From Nemertoderma westbladi (lineage: Eukaryota > Animalia > Xenacoelomorpha): a DNA stretch of 40,113 nucleotides. This document shows positions 10,229 to 22,800 of the stretch, piece by piece (positions within the stretch are counted from its first letter, which is position 1; each line of letters starts with the position of its first letter). Where the stretch lies: positions 1 through 40,113 of the forward strand of contig JAUCBJ010002160.1 in assembly GCA_032718475.1 (NCBI GenBank). Direction: 5' to 3'. The position numbers and the translations under genes were made by a program. The notes beneath the pieces were generated by a model that was given only the letters and a program-made list of their open reading frames with translations, had not been told where the DNA came from and searched no databases.

Positions 10229-11539
10229 ATGCCTTTAGATAGACAAGCAGACTTACGATGGAGACAGGAAATGAACGAAATAGTCAGAGAAACTGAAACT
10301 AATTTATCGCGAATACGGGAGAGTTTAGGGGACGCCGTTAGCAGACTAACCCCCACTATAGACACTGGCAGCAGCTCGCTGACACAAAAAGATATCGTCA
10401 TAGATTCCGCTAAAGCATGTCTTCTATCAGACGATGAAACTAACACGCCAGAAGGCACCCAATCAGGAGTTAGTGTTGGTGAAGCGCGGGATTTTCAAAA
10501 TCACCACGTTCTCCAAGATCTTAGCGAAATCTTTGTAACAGACGAATTTCCTAATGTTGAATTTAAAAAAAGTAGTGAAAAACCAGAAGGCATTTCTGTC
10601 CTGGAACTGATGCAGAAAAGGTTGAATTATCAGTCAGAGACTCTTTCTAAAATATATAAGCATATGGAACAGCGCGAGCATAGTGTAACGACTGAAAACG
10701 TAAACCAAATAAATCACTCGAATTTACTAACTGTTGACAACCTTCAGCGGATGCTGTCTGCTTGGAAACACGAGGTTTACACTGCAATGCACAACCTACA
10801 TCAGCGGTACGAGAAATCTAAAAGTCCTTCTTACGAGTCAGGCCTCGTTAATAACGTTCTTAAAGAATTTGGTAGAACTGTAAATGAAACTAAAGCTAAA
10901 TTCCACGAGGAAAGCCATGGAATTAGGAAACAAATCGAAAGTTTAACTGAGAGAGTAGAATTAACGGAAGCAGCTATACGTAATCAGAACGAATCTATAA
11001 AATGTTTAGAACGACAGATGGAAGAGAATTCTAGAAGAATGAGTGATTTACTTCTTGAAGGCCCTTTAGTAACTCACGATCCTCTAATAGCTAAAGCCAG
11101 ATCTGTTGCTAATAACAACGATTTAATTTCTATTGGAGCCGCTGTTAGACAGCTGATAGGACGTGTTAACATGATAGAACGAGACGTCATGGCATATCGG
11201 TATCAGCCTATAGGACCTAGGCACGATAATGGTGTTCCGACGCATCTAATTGGTCGTAATGGATTAGGGCCAGTAATAACAACTCCATCTAGCGGTTCTA
11301 CACAAACTGGTAGGATATTTAGGGAGCAACGGAAAGGGAGCAACTCCCAGGATAAAAGTTCGACTCCCGTTAAAGAAAAAAGGGAAAGTAAGAAATCGCG
11401 TCGTCGTGCGCAGAATGTAAGCGATTCCGATTCGCAAAGCGCGTTTACTGTTACGCCAATCAGCGGCCCAAATGAACATCGCATAGGCGCGGAGATTGAA
11501 AGTGAAAGTTTTTCATCAATCAATGTCGATACATTCTGA
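10229..11539 (+). CDS. Uncharacterised 436-aa coiled-coil protein, single coding exon, nested on the host strand
   Basis: Long ATG-initiated ORF in AT-rich surroundings. Heptad-rich E/K/Q/L central region and basic/Ser-rich tail; no transposon motifs recognised. Confidence 0.8.
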   Translation: MPLDRQADLRWRQEMNEIVRETETNLSRIRESLGDAVSRLTPTIDTGSSSLTQKDIVIDSAKACLLSDDETNTPEGTQSGVSVGEARDFQNHHVLQDLSEIFVTDEFPNVEFKKSSEKPEGISVLELMQKRLNYQSETLSKIYKHMEQREHSVTTENVNQINHSNLLTVDNLQRMLSAWKHEVYTAMHNLHQRYEKSKSPSYESGLVNNVLKEFGRTVNETKAKFHEESHGIRKQIESLTERVELTEAAIRNQNESIKCLERQMEENSRRMSDLLLEGPLVTHDPLIAKARSVANNNDLISIGAAVRQLIGRVNMIERDVMAYRYQPIGPRHDNGVPTHLIGRNGLGPVITTPSSGSTQTGRIFREQRKGSNSQDKSSTPVKEKRESKKSRRRAQNVSDSDSQSAFTVTPISGPNEHRIGAEIESESFSSINVDTF

Positions 11540-12029
11540 TTTATGTTTAATCAATATTTATAAAATGCATATTATTAATATCCTTAATTTATTGTAAACA
11601 ATTAACATATGTATTTACGAACTGTTGCGTTAGTCGAATTTTTAGCAAAAGGTCGGGGCCTTAGCGCGCAACTAAACGAACAAGCTTAGCACACAGGGAG
11701 GGAGGGGGGGGGGGGGGGGGGTGTACTAAATTCCGTTGAATTCATTCAAACATTTCCCGACTGACAAACCGACACACAGAGCGACCGTCAAAGCGACAAA
11801 CAAGCGTTGAAACAGCGGCAAATTCATTCTGAGAATTCCTTATTTAATGTTTAAATATTAATTTAGTGGTCATAGACTTCTTGCTCTCTCGCCTCTGAAG
11901 TTTTATTCAAAGGTTCGTTTAAAGGTTCGTTTGTTCAAAGGTTCGTAGTTCATTTAGTGCCTCGCCCATCAGGAGCAGAGTGACCCTCAGAGGTTCGATT
12001 CTTCACTCCAAGGTGTTACTAATAGTGTT

Positions 12030-12720
12030 TGTGCCAATCTAAAGCGTTTTTGCTAAGAATTCCTAACCAACTCGAACCTTAATTTCCTGGCTTCCTTCCT
12101 ATTTATTGTCTTTGGTGTCAATACTTTCACTTTACAATCAGTTGCAGATACTAAACAACTATGCTGGCGATCATACTGGTAGCTACCTAACCCCCAATAT
12201 TCATCTGGCGATCATAGCTACCTAACCCCCAATATTCATCTGGCGATCATAGCTACCTAACCCCCAATATTCATCTGGGGATCATAACTACCTAACCCCC
12301 AATATTCATCTGGCGATCATAGCTACCTAACCCCCAATATTCATCTGGCGATCATAGCTACCTAACCCCCAATATTCATCTGGCGATTATAGCTACCTAA
12401 CCCCCAATATTCATCTGGCGATCATAGCTACCTAACCCCCAATATTCATCTGGCGATCATAGCTACCTAACCCCCAATGTTCATCTGGCGATCATAGCTA
12501 CCTAACCCCCAATGTTCATCTGGGGATCATAACTACCTAACCCCCAATATTCATCACAAATGACTTGTCGCTGATCATCACTAATTGTATTACATTCAAA
12601 CTTGCAACTATGTTCTGCAAGGGGTTTAGGAGCACGCTTCGGTACAACTTTTCCAGGAGTATTTTTGTGTTCCTTTGCCAAACGGTATTTGCGCTTTCTT
12701 TTATTCATATTTTCAGGCTT
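12030..12720 (-). pseudogene. Probable relic of a Sola-type DNA transposase N-terminal region
   Basis: GKVVPKR...CKFECNTISDDQRQVICDEYWGLGSYD(R)Q resembles the GKxVP...CxxxC...I...R..I...YW.L....Q pattern recalled from Sola transposases. Broken by the 35-bp array and by stops. Confidence 0.5.
12164..12554. repeat. 35-bp tandem minisatellite, ~11 copies
   Basis: Unit CTGGCGATCATAGCTACCTAACCCCCAATATTCAT at 12205, 12240, 12275 ... 12520, head-to-tail with no spacers. Confidence 0.97.
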
Positions 12721-12862
12721 CTGAATTTGACACACTCAAAATTCAAATATTTTATTTATTTGGAATACTAGCACGGACGGCCAGCTTTCCACTAGTACCA
12801 ACAAATCACTATAGGCTACGGTTGGAGAATAACTGCGGTGTAACTGGTGCAATATCGACGGA

Positions 12863-14213
12863 CTACTACTACTATCGGCATTCTGCATTGCAGCTGCCTT
12901 TTTAAGAATGCTGTGCCGGATTGTCGACAAAATTGCGCCACCACAACTCCCTATCACCCATGACATTTGCTTGATCATCCGCATCTTCAAGGCCAGTTTC
13001 CTTTAAGATGCGTCTCAAGAAAGTCATGGGCTGTCCACCATGCTTATTCACTCCATGAGGCTGCCAAAGTACAAGATTATGCACTGGCTGGTCCTCACGG
13101 CGAAAGCAATGTCCTGCAAACCGGAGGCGATTTTGTTTTGGTGTCAAGCTTGGGGGAACCAATGAGACACCTCCACTGGTATATAGTGTCTGGTTGGAGA
13201 TGTGTGCATTGTACTTGACACAATGAACCCGGCGTAGCATTCTTGTGAATGTGCCATCCAGAGATTTGGTGTCCTCAGCAGTTAGAGCCCAGCATGGACT
13301 CCCGTAGAGGAGTACTGGAACTACTGCTGCTCTAAATAATCGGACCTTAAGTTTCCGATTAATTCTCGGTGACTCCCAAATCCTGGAAAGCCTATTCAAG
13401 GCTGCCCGCCCATGCCTTTACCTTACGTATTCGAAGGTCCTCATCTGACTTCCGGATCCATGATCCCAGGTAACAGAAGTCGTCCACATTCTCAAGCATA
13501 CCATCCTTTGAGCTGAGGACTTTCAAAGTTAACTGTCAAAATTTTGGTCTTTCTGGAGTCAATAAAAAGACCAACACTAGAAGCAGCATGTTCTAATGAG
13601 CTGAGGAGCTGTTGGGCTCCCTCTAGTGATGATTCTGAGAGTACTCCTAAAAAGTCTGAGAGCAAAGTCTAGATCAGCTGGGTACCTGGCAGGATTTCCC
13701 CGACTTATTTCCTCGGAGTTATCATCACCCCATCATCATTATGATGATCTAAGGAAATGCGTAGAACATAGTCAACCACAATTATGAACAAGAATGGTGC
13801 AAGTGTGTCTCCCTGAAGGACGCCCCATAACACTTCAATGGTTCTGTGTCACCATCAACAGTAGACACAAATGTTGTCGAACCATCGTATACTGTTCTGA
13901 TTGCTGCAATAATTTCATCAGGAATCCCATATAATGAAAGTATGCTGAACATACGTGAGCTGAATCAAAGGCCTTGAAGAAGTCAACAAAGATAACAGCC
14001 AGATGCCTGTCTTTCTTTTTTGATAACTCTTCAATTATCCTTCTAAGTGCCAAAATGGGCTCCATGGTCCCACGACCTTTACGGAACCCATTCTGATTTC
14101 CACGGAGCAGTCTCTCAATGGGATCCCTGATGCGATTTAATAGAATTATATTGTATAGCTTTGCAGCAATCGAGATCAATGAGATTCCCCGAAAAGGGAA
14201 CTGGCACCAGCTT
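12863..14213 (-). mobile_element. 5'-truncated, frameshifted RTE-clade LINE
   Basis: RT fragments (NQNGFRKGR, FVDFFKAFDS, GVLQGDTLAPFLF, VLLYGS, LRFAGHCFR), (TAG)n tail at ~12863-12875, and 11-bp TSD ATATCGACGGA at 12852-12862 and 14214-14224. Confidence 0.93.
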
Positions 14214-14574
14214 ATATCGACGGAGATATCTCATTAGACGCTTGCAGCTGAAGAATGAAAGCAAAAATAAAAATTCTGGCTCACTCACAAAGGAGGAGGG
14301 GGTGGGGGGGGTACCTAAATAACGACACTATATTACAGGACATGGGGTAACTACTGTGGATTTTTATTTTTACGAAAATAAGGAACAGCTACCAGTTCTG
14401 GGCACTACTGTTGCTGTTTTTCAATAACCATGCAGTGTAAAAATGGTCCACATTTTTAAATTTTTTAGTTTTGGGCGCTTATAAATTGTTTTACTTTTTA
14501 CTTTTAATAATTTGGATTCTTATTATTCAACTTTTCAATTATGCACAATCTAGTCTATATTGTTTTACTTTTAG

Positions 14575-14680
14575 TTATGGGCACAAGCTGGTAAATACGC
14601 CCTGCTGGGGGCAGCTGCACAACTGGCTGGTACCGTGAGAATGACCATCAGTTTAACTGTATTATTGACGGAGGCAACAG
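14575..14680 (+). CDS. CLCN7: CLCN7-like internal exon (not in the ORF track)
   Basis: ttttag|TTATGG...ACAG|gtgagt translates to [36 protein letters not shown], the GKYALxGAAAQLxGxVRMTxSLTV segment of CLC-6/7. 106 nt; phases 0 and 1 fit both neighbouring exons. Confidence 0.93.
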
Positions 14681-16169
14681 GTGAGTTTTATATATTGTTT
14701 TAGAATAAAATTTTTGCTATTTATAATTTATGTTCAAAAATAAATTTGTAATTGCTCTAAAATACTACTTACATTAAAGAACAAAATATTCTATATCGAA
14801 GTGAGATAGAAAAATGCAATAACCAATCATCCAAAGCCACGTAACAAGCATTGTAATGGGGGAGGGGGGGGGGGGGGGTGTAGCCGACCTCCCTCGATAT
14901 AAATTTCAGATTTTAAATTATTAATATATAATTAGACGATTAGACGAGATTATATATCTTAAAAAGACTAAGTTGGATCTCTTTTAGTTCTCGAGTTATC
15001 GTGGGATATCTGTCTGCCAATCTGTCTGTCAAAATGTTACACAGACAGACAGACACCCGAAAGAACATTCCACCAAATATTAACACTGAATGAATCCGTA
15101 AACCCCCATAAATATAATTTTAGCTCGGTGCTGTGCTTCCTTCATGTCAGACACTATTAACCAACCAGACCCCATAGAGGTAGTGTTGCGCGGGAAGGTT
15201 TTTACTTTGAAGGCGATTCTCTCAGAATGGCATTTTATCGCACGAAAAATAATACTCCTCTGCCATTTGTTAACTGTTTTTTGCAATTTCTGCTTCATAT
15301 GAAAGGTCAATTCATAAGCTTCATTAAATTTCGAGAAAGTTTCTTAATTTAAAAATATATCCCCCATTTTTTTAATGAAAAATTACAAAAAACTATGGTT
15401 TTTTAGTTTTTAAAAAATATTGAAACATTTTTTACAAAATTGCCCCTTATCAGAAATAGAAAACGAAAATGCACATGAAATTCCAGAACGTTAATAAAAC
15501 CAAAAATTATATTAAACTCACCAATGCACTGGAGCAAAACATCATGCAACTAAACATTTTAATGCTAAATTTTTTATTAATTACCAACGTAATTACTGAT
15601 CTAGAATCAATAAATTATGCGAAATCATCATATTAAACTTCTAGATCGTTGATTGGATAAATATTTCATTATCAGTATTTTGATTGGATAATTATCATTA
15701 TTCATTGCTTGAATAATAATTACTCTATTTGTTGTAAGTCATTTTTTTGTCTAAGTCGTTAACAAGTTTGACATAAAAAGAACACTTTTGCTGTCAACAC
15801 AAAAAGTATTGTTTCCATGACATTAATATTGCATTTCAACAGATATAATAGATAGTATATTAATAGATAATTATTTCTAATAGCTAGTTGTAGGCTTATA
15901 AGCTAGTTTTTGCTAATTTGTTTTATAAATGTTATAGAACACGTGTTAGTTATCAATTTTGATAAATATTTTTGTTCTAGAACACATTTTATTTGTTCTA
16001 TAAAATGATAAAATCCTTTTTATATAAAAAATTTGTCAAACTATGGGTTCCCAAGGTGTAGTAATGCCCGTATTTCCAGATTTCACTATGGAAGAAGCTT
16101 CGATGGACGATATTTATGCTGAAATAGTCCAAGATAAAAGTGAGAAGACTTACAATAAATAAAACGACG

Positions 16170-16279
16170 TAAGTGGTGGCAAAAAGTAACATTTTTGTCT
16201 TGCTTTCTTATTTGTCTCGCTACGCTCGTCAAATAATATCGCTCAACAAAACAAAAGCCTACTTTATTGCCACCACTTA
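16170..16279. repeat. Imperfect long hairpin, probably the end of a non-autonomous DNA element
   Basis: TAAGTGGTGGCAAAAAGTA ... TACTTTATTGCCACCACTTA arms around an inner TATTTG-TCTCGCTACGCTCGT-CAAATA. Confidence 0.6.
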
Positions 16280-16556
16280 AATAGTTATTATTGACCGCAC
16301 ATTTGCAGACAATAAATTGAATATTTTAAAGCAAATGGTTAGTTATTTTATTAAGCAATCGCTTTTTATACCAAGCATATATGATTTGATTTTGGTTGAC
16401 ATAATTTCATACGTCTATACCGGTATATAACAATATACAGCATTTATCGCTTATTTTTAAAAATACAACCAAAATTAAACAAACTTTCATATTTATATTA
16501 CTGTAGCGTGTTAGTTGCTGAGAAGATTATTCAAGCGAGGAAACAGGCACTTATAT

Positions 16557-17501
16557 TTATTTGTGTTTTAATATCTTCCAAGAACATATTAGTATTAACA
16601 TTGGAGTGATCACAGACGAAAACCACATCCATCTATTATGAAACCCTCCGAGAGACATCTTAAGTACTGTTTGTTGAGTAACTACAATTCCACGTAATAT
16701 TTCTGCCGTTCTATGTAACGTATCAACCGTCCCTTGCAATGTAGTTACTGTTCCATGCAATCTTTCTACTGCTTCATGTAAGTTAGCAATAGTCTCATGT
16801 AATTTATCTACTGTTTCAGCTGAGGTATCATGACTTTCAACAGTTTCATCGGTAGTATCATTACTTTCTGTTGTTTGATATAAGGTATCATTACTGTCAT
16901 TACTATCGGCCATTTCTTCTGTGCTATAAAATATTTCACCGAAGTTTTCATTGCTATGTTCATTAGAAATATTCCATTCAGAGTCATTAGAATCAGAGCT
17001 ATCAGTTCCATGATGTGTATATCTCCCGCAATCCTCACAGACTGCAGGAAGCTCCACTACATCTTCTACCCTCCTAGATTCCTCTATCGTCCGAACTGCT
17101 TCATCGCTCTCATTCTGTCCGACTAGGAACCTTCCAACAACCCGATCCAAAGCCAAAGAACGAACACCGACATTGACAGACTGTCCACACAACGGACAGT
17201 TCAGTTTCCTTTTCAGCCATTTTGCCGCGCAGTAACGACAGAATGTGTGGGAGCAGTTGAGAGTTAAGGCATCGATAAAAGGTTGACGGCATATACTGCA
17301 TTCTATATCCCCCAGTACATCGGAGAGGCGGTGAATCAGTTGTCTTCCTGATGTTGACGATGTTTGCAGACGATGTTCTGATTGTGTCCCGTGTGAATTC
17401 GACTTAGATAAACCAGTTTCGGATTGTATATCCGATTTTAAAGATGTGGAAAGACAATGTTTTGGGCTTTTGTCGGACATTATAGGTGTACCAATATCCA
17501 T
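16557..17501 (-). CDS. C3HC4 RING-finger E3 ligase (RNF8-like RING, no FHA) with acidic linker, heptad repeat and C-terminal TM segment
   Basis: CSICRQPFIDALTLNCSHTFCRYCAAKWLKRKLNCPLC...SLALD; heptads ETVDKLH/ETIANLH/EAVERLH/GTVTTLQ/GTVDTLH; tail WMWFSSVITPMLILICSWKILKHK. Confidence 0.88.
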   Translation of the reverse strand: MDIGTPIMSDKSPKHCLSTSLKSDIQSETGLSKSNSHGTQSEHRLQTSSTSGRQLIHRLSDVLGDIECSICRQPFIDALTLNCSHTFCRYCAAKWLKRKLNCPLCGQSVNVGVRSLALDRVVGRFLVGQNESDEAVRTIEESRRVEDVVELPAVCEDCGRYTHHGTDSSDSNDSEWNISNEHSNENFGEIFYSTEEMADSNDSNDTLYQTTESNDTTDETVESHDTSAETVDKLHETIANLHEAVERLHGTVTTLQGTVDTLHRTAEILRGIVVTQQTVLKMSLGGFHNRWMWFSSVITPMLILICSWKILKHK

Positions 17502-18935
17502 TTATAACTCTTGTTGTAATACTGATGTTAATATTAGTATGGTAGTGGTAGGCCTTCGTGCAGTGCATGCATGAAATAGGCTGTGAATGTGAAACCCTAG
17601 CTTTCTATTGAAAATATTTCGAGCATGTAAATAAATTCTATAAATCATTTTAAAGTTGGCAGGTAATTTTATCTACTTTTTATATTGTTGGAATCGTCAA
17701 AGGATTCGTGAACGAGTATTACGCGAAATTCATGTAGGGCATCATCATCAGTCCAGTCTGACTAGCTGCTATTATCCTATACAATTATAAATACTATCTT
17801 GTAAGAAATGTAGGCAATTAGAACACTCCATTTTTTATTTATTACTATTTACTATCTAGTTCAATGATATTAACTTAATATTGATATATTTTTGGTCTCA
17901 TTAATTAATTTTATTATGCATCATAGTGCTTTGTTATCAATAGCTAACTGTTACCCTACAGTACCTACCTACATATACTGTATGTAATAATGACCATCTA
18001 AAATTGTGCTAAATTACGAGTAGTTAGTTACTATAGCTACTGTATAGACTCATCAATTTTGTTATTGTTGTACAAAACTGTTGCAATAAACCAAATGTCC
18101 AAATTGATTATAACAGCACCCAATGTATTTGTAAATGTTCCAAAACATGTATCTGATAACAAAATTACCTAATATTCAAAAATATATAATGTGCGTATAA
18201 TTTACGTTTAGACACGTTTAGAAAACGTTTAGAGCAAAATATTTTATTTTTAAATTGAACGTAGCCTTCCGCTCGAATATACCATATTAATCGGGAGAAA
18301 AAAAAGTACTTTTGGAAAAAATAACCAATAGGATTGCATTAATTATATTTTTTTCCCTTCGAATAAATTAAAATATTTAATGTGAACATAATTTTGGTGG
18401 AATTTTTTTAATTATTACATGTGTTTATTGTAGAATAACGAAGCAGAAAAGATTTGCACGTAATTTGAGAAAATGTCTTTGCACATACAGTACTCAAAAA
18501 GTTATTGCAACATTAGTGTCTACAATGCGTAGAACGAACGTCATGATGAAAATAGAGATACTACAGTATGGTCAGAATAAAGTTCAGTATACGAGTCGTT
18601 CAGTATTACGAGTCTTCACAACTCTGCATTCACACGATGACAGTGAAACATATCTTACATTTTCCACAGCCATAATGTATGTTATGTTGTGCAGCAAGGT
18701 AGATGTGCAGGCAGGTACACATTATCGAATAACGAGAAAAATCCCTCAAAAATTGGAACACTTCCTTAAAATAAATAATATTGATCTACATTTTCGATTT
18801 TGCCTTTAAATTTTATTTATTAAACGAACGGATGAAGTGGTAGGCATTCACCAGCGGTAACATAGTGTATAGATGATAGAAAAAATAAAGTATTGAGGGT
18901 CTTTAGCTGGTTATATTATATTAGATAAAGATACA

Positions 18936-18975
18936 ATAGTAAACGTTTTCGACCTACCGGTCTGCATCAGACTAT
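18936..18975 (-). ncRNA. Minimal type I hammerhead ribozyme-like motif (variant core) at the Penelope 3' end
   Basis: Minus strand AUAGU-CUGAUGCA-GACC-GGUA-GGUC-GAAA-ACGU-UU-ACUAU: helix I, core, 4-bp helix II, GAAA and palindromic helix III. Confidence 0.72.
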
Positions 18976-19468
18976 GTACTGGCAACTAACAGGAAAAGGT
19001 GGGGGTCTATATATATATATATAAGTTTTAAAGGGGAATACCTGATAGGTGAATCCCAGAAAGGTTAACGTGTATGTATGTACTGTATAACGTAAGGTAA
19101 TTGTGATATGGAAAGTACACAGAGTTAGTTGTAAGCTGTCAATCTAAAGTACAAATATAGGGTTGCAGGTTGGGTTATAAGGTTGGGAGAAGTTGATAGG
19201 GAAATCCCAGGAGTGGTCATGTGTCTACATACTGAATGGTATAATTGGATTAGGTAGGTTACATAGGATTATGAGGTATCTACTTAAAACGCATCATAAT
19301 GATAGCTGTAATTTTTACAGAGTAAGAAATCACAAGAAACAGAAAAACCAAGACAAAAACAAAAAGGAAGGTAGGGGAAAAGCACATAAAACCCCTGAAA
19401 TTCGCTATAGAGGGCACTGTAGTTGTGTAAGATATAGAATATAGGGTGTATTATATAAAACGTTGGGT

Positions 19469-19804
19469 TTAGATTGCTGGTCTTGCTACGTTAAGTGGGG
19501 GGTTGTAAGTATAGATTAGGTTAGCTTCCGTCGCTAGTAGTTCGGGTATGTTTGTGAATTGTTTTATGGTTGCAGTGCGTAGATTTTCTAAACCACAACC
19601 GTATATGTGCCTAGCTAGGAGTATGTCTTCGTGTGTTTTTCCGTCATTGGCTCGTGAGGGGTAGTGTCGTATGTTGTTGCGGTGTCCATTAAAGCGTTCG
19701 TGAAGTTTCTGTCTCGTTTGGCCTATGTAGTATAGAGTAGGGTGGCAGTGGCACCAGGCCAAGTAACATACAGTGTGGGACTTACATGTATAGTGTCCTT
19801 TTAT
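19469..19804 (-). pseudogene. Penelope GIY-YIG endonuclease domain (ORF C-terminus)
   Basis: KGHYTCKSHTVCYLAWCHCHPTLYYIGQTRQKLHERFNGH...E...I....PPLN. Confidence 0.9.
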
Positions 19805-22800
19805 CTTTTCACCCCGAGAGAAAGCCGCCCCAATATTAGATTATTACAACAACATATCCATTGGGTAAGAAAGTGGAGGAGAGCCAGCCCGTCTCTTAAT
19901 TTTTTACTTTATATTACGCGATCAATTTTCACTCATCTCGTCATGAACCCAACATGTATGTAACCTTTTGTTAAATTTGTTGGCTATGCGTTTGCGGTTG
20001 TTTGGGCGGAGTGTGGTAGGCCTACACTTTTCACACTTAAATATTTTGGTTGTGAAATGTTACAGGGCATAGCTATCTGAGATATTTCATTTATATTTTA
20101 TTATGAGAGGAAGAAGAACATACAACGTTATTTACTATATATGTAACAAAATAATTGTTTTCGGGTTTAACTTGGAAGCCTCCCCAAATAGTTGATATAC
20201 AATTATATTTAAAATTATTTCCATGGTCATGGTCATTCACCCGTCTTTAGTTAGAAATTTGTTTGCATGAAAGACAGTTCAGTTTAGTTTTTACTGATTT
20301 ATTATCTCTTATCTGACTGGGGTAATAATAAAGGATAGGATAAATGGAAGCAAAGTGTGACAGTAACAAATATTTCCCCGTCACCCTAGCATGTCTTAAG
20401 TATATGATATATCAAAGGGGGAAGTTTGGATTCACTGCATAAATGCAGTTCACCAAACTTCCCCCGAATGCACACTGTAACTTCCCCCTTCCCCCAAATA
20501 TCCACTGTTGAATTAATTTGAAGCGATATAATAAGTACAAAATTGTGCGAGTTTTTAATTGTGTGTTCCAATTGTTATTTGATTTCTATTTATTATTTAA
20601 AGTGCATTTAATATCACACTGGTTTTTAGAATATTATACTATACAACCTTATGTTTTATTAATTTACCCAATCGAAGCCTCATAAGGGCCGGTTATTTGT
20701 ACGCATATCCCCTAATGCGCTCAGTAAGGTTCAAACAACATATTAATATGAAAATAAAGTATCTGCAAAGAAAATAACCCAATACTATATAATTTGACCT
20801 TATTAAAAAATTTGCACTTTTGCACACTTATTTGTATAAATGCACTTTAGCAGATCGTAATGGTGGCTCTTATTTAACAAACTTATGTTTATCCTCTACC
20901 GATCTACGATGGTGTATGATCAAGTGTCATTCGCTAAAAGTGTCAAAAATCCAATTTAATAAATCTGGATTTGCGATTTTGGACCATATTCATGGATATT
21001 TTAAGTCACTTTATAGACATAAAAAGTTAAACAAATGTTACGATTATAGTTAGAAATCATTCCAAACTACATTTTAATCCAAAAAATAACATTCTACGAT
21101 GAATAGAACTGGAAATAATAGTGTTTGAAATATCGAAAAAATGTTCACTATTTAAGTGCATTTTGCACTAAGTGCACATGCGTCTTTTCCCAAGTTGTAT
21201 CCTATTTCACAAATTACAATCTATGCTCTATCCAATGAAAAAAGTTTCAGATTAAACGGCCCAGTAGAACCGAAGTTATTGATGTTTAAAAATAGTCACC
21301 CGAAAATTTCAAATTCTCTTGGTCACATACTCTAGTGGTTATCAATCACGTTAATGAAACCTAAGTTCGCGGGTTCGAAATCCAATATTGACCTGACCAT
21401 TCTTAATTTTTTTTGCAAAAAAAATTATTTTTATTTTTTCACTAAAATCGCTCTAACTTCGGTTCTGGTGGTCCAAATTCAATAAAATTGGTATATTCTT
21501 TGCCGTAATTTTTTTCTTAATCTTTTGAGAAGGGGTTATTTTGGGCCCCAAAAAAATTTAAAAAAAGGGCCAAAATAACGCGATATTTTTCGACCCTTAA
21601 AATTCGTAATTTTAATTATATATGTTAAGATAAAAGATAGCGGAGTTAATTTGATACTTTTTACAGGTACTTTTGGCGCAATACGCTAAATTATAATGGA
21701 ATAGCGATTTGTTAAAAAAAAAATTTTTCGTCCCTTTTTATAAATATTATATTTCACACGATCGCCTGCCGCTCCAGTTTTATAATACCTCCCCAGCGCT
21801 GTGATTAACGCTGTTAGATAGATAATTTAACGCACTATAAGTCTGTGTAAACAAATCTCCCGTAAGTTAAGTAGTTTTCGAGCTAGACGATTTCCCGCGA
21901 AGCAAGTTTGAAGCGCGAAATTATAATTTTGGCCCTCATTTTTTTAATATCATCCTTGGAGCAAAACCGATAGCATATTTGAATTCCCCGTATGGATATT
22001 GACTGTATAGAATGTACCTTAACCAACTAAAGTTAAAAATAAAAAATTATTCGATAAAAACTACTTTACAAATTCTGGCCCTTTTTGGCCTCTATTGCCG
22101 ACATATTTTTTGTACCCCCATTCGATAGGAACGTAGCCCCAATGGTCTTCTACGAGTTTCATAAAAGAATTAGTGGATTCCTACCCGCGTTGTCGAATTA
22201 AACATTTCGGAAATAAGTTTTCCAAAAAAGACAGACAAAAACGTACAAATTTACAGCCCCTTTTTCCACCCGAAATTTTAATACCCCCATTCGATACGAA
22301 GGTAGTACCACTCTTCCCCTTTCCAACCGCGTTACTTTCGTCCCCGTACGATTAATATTAGCCGAGTTATAGCGGATCCCGCAAAGTCATTTTGTCCGTT
22401 TTTTCAACTTTGACGGACATTTTCGGAAAAAAGGCGTGGTAATCTTTTTTGAAAAAAAAAACGAATTCACTAATTAATCCCTTCTATCGTATCCCGGCGT
22501 CGGCTAAGCAATAACCTAGGGTTTTTTCGAGCCACTGTAGAGCGCCTTTCAAAAAAATTTTAAAATTGTCGAAAAAATGACGGTTTTTTGTCCGCCGTGT
22601 CCGTCGAAGGGTTAGATTTAATAATGTTAGAGTTGCTAATATCTTAGAATTCCGAGCCGCTCCCCTGGTGAGAAAATAAAAAAATTTGGTCAGTTCCTTC
22701 ATCGAAAAGTCCCCCAGAATCCCAAGTTAACCTATATAGTTAGCGATGGCCTGCGGCTTTAGGAGCGGCCGCGGTATTCACCTCCCTCATAGCGGCCGCG

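Noticed and set aside
12164-12554. CRISPR array (35-bp repeats)
   Set aside because: Units are head-to-tail with no unique spacers, there are no cas genes, and the context is eukaryotic.
21321-21393. Functional tRNA gene
   Set aside because: D and anticodon arms do not pair; kept only as a low-confidence tRNA-like relic.
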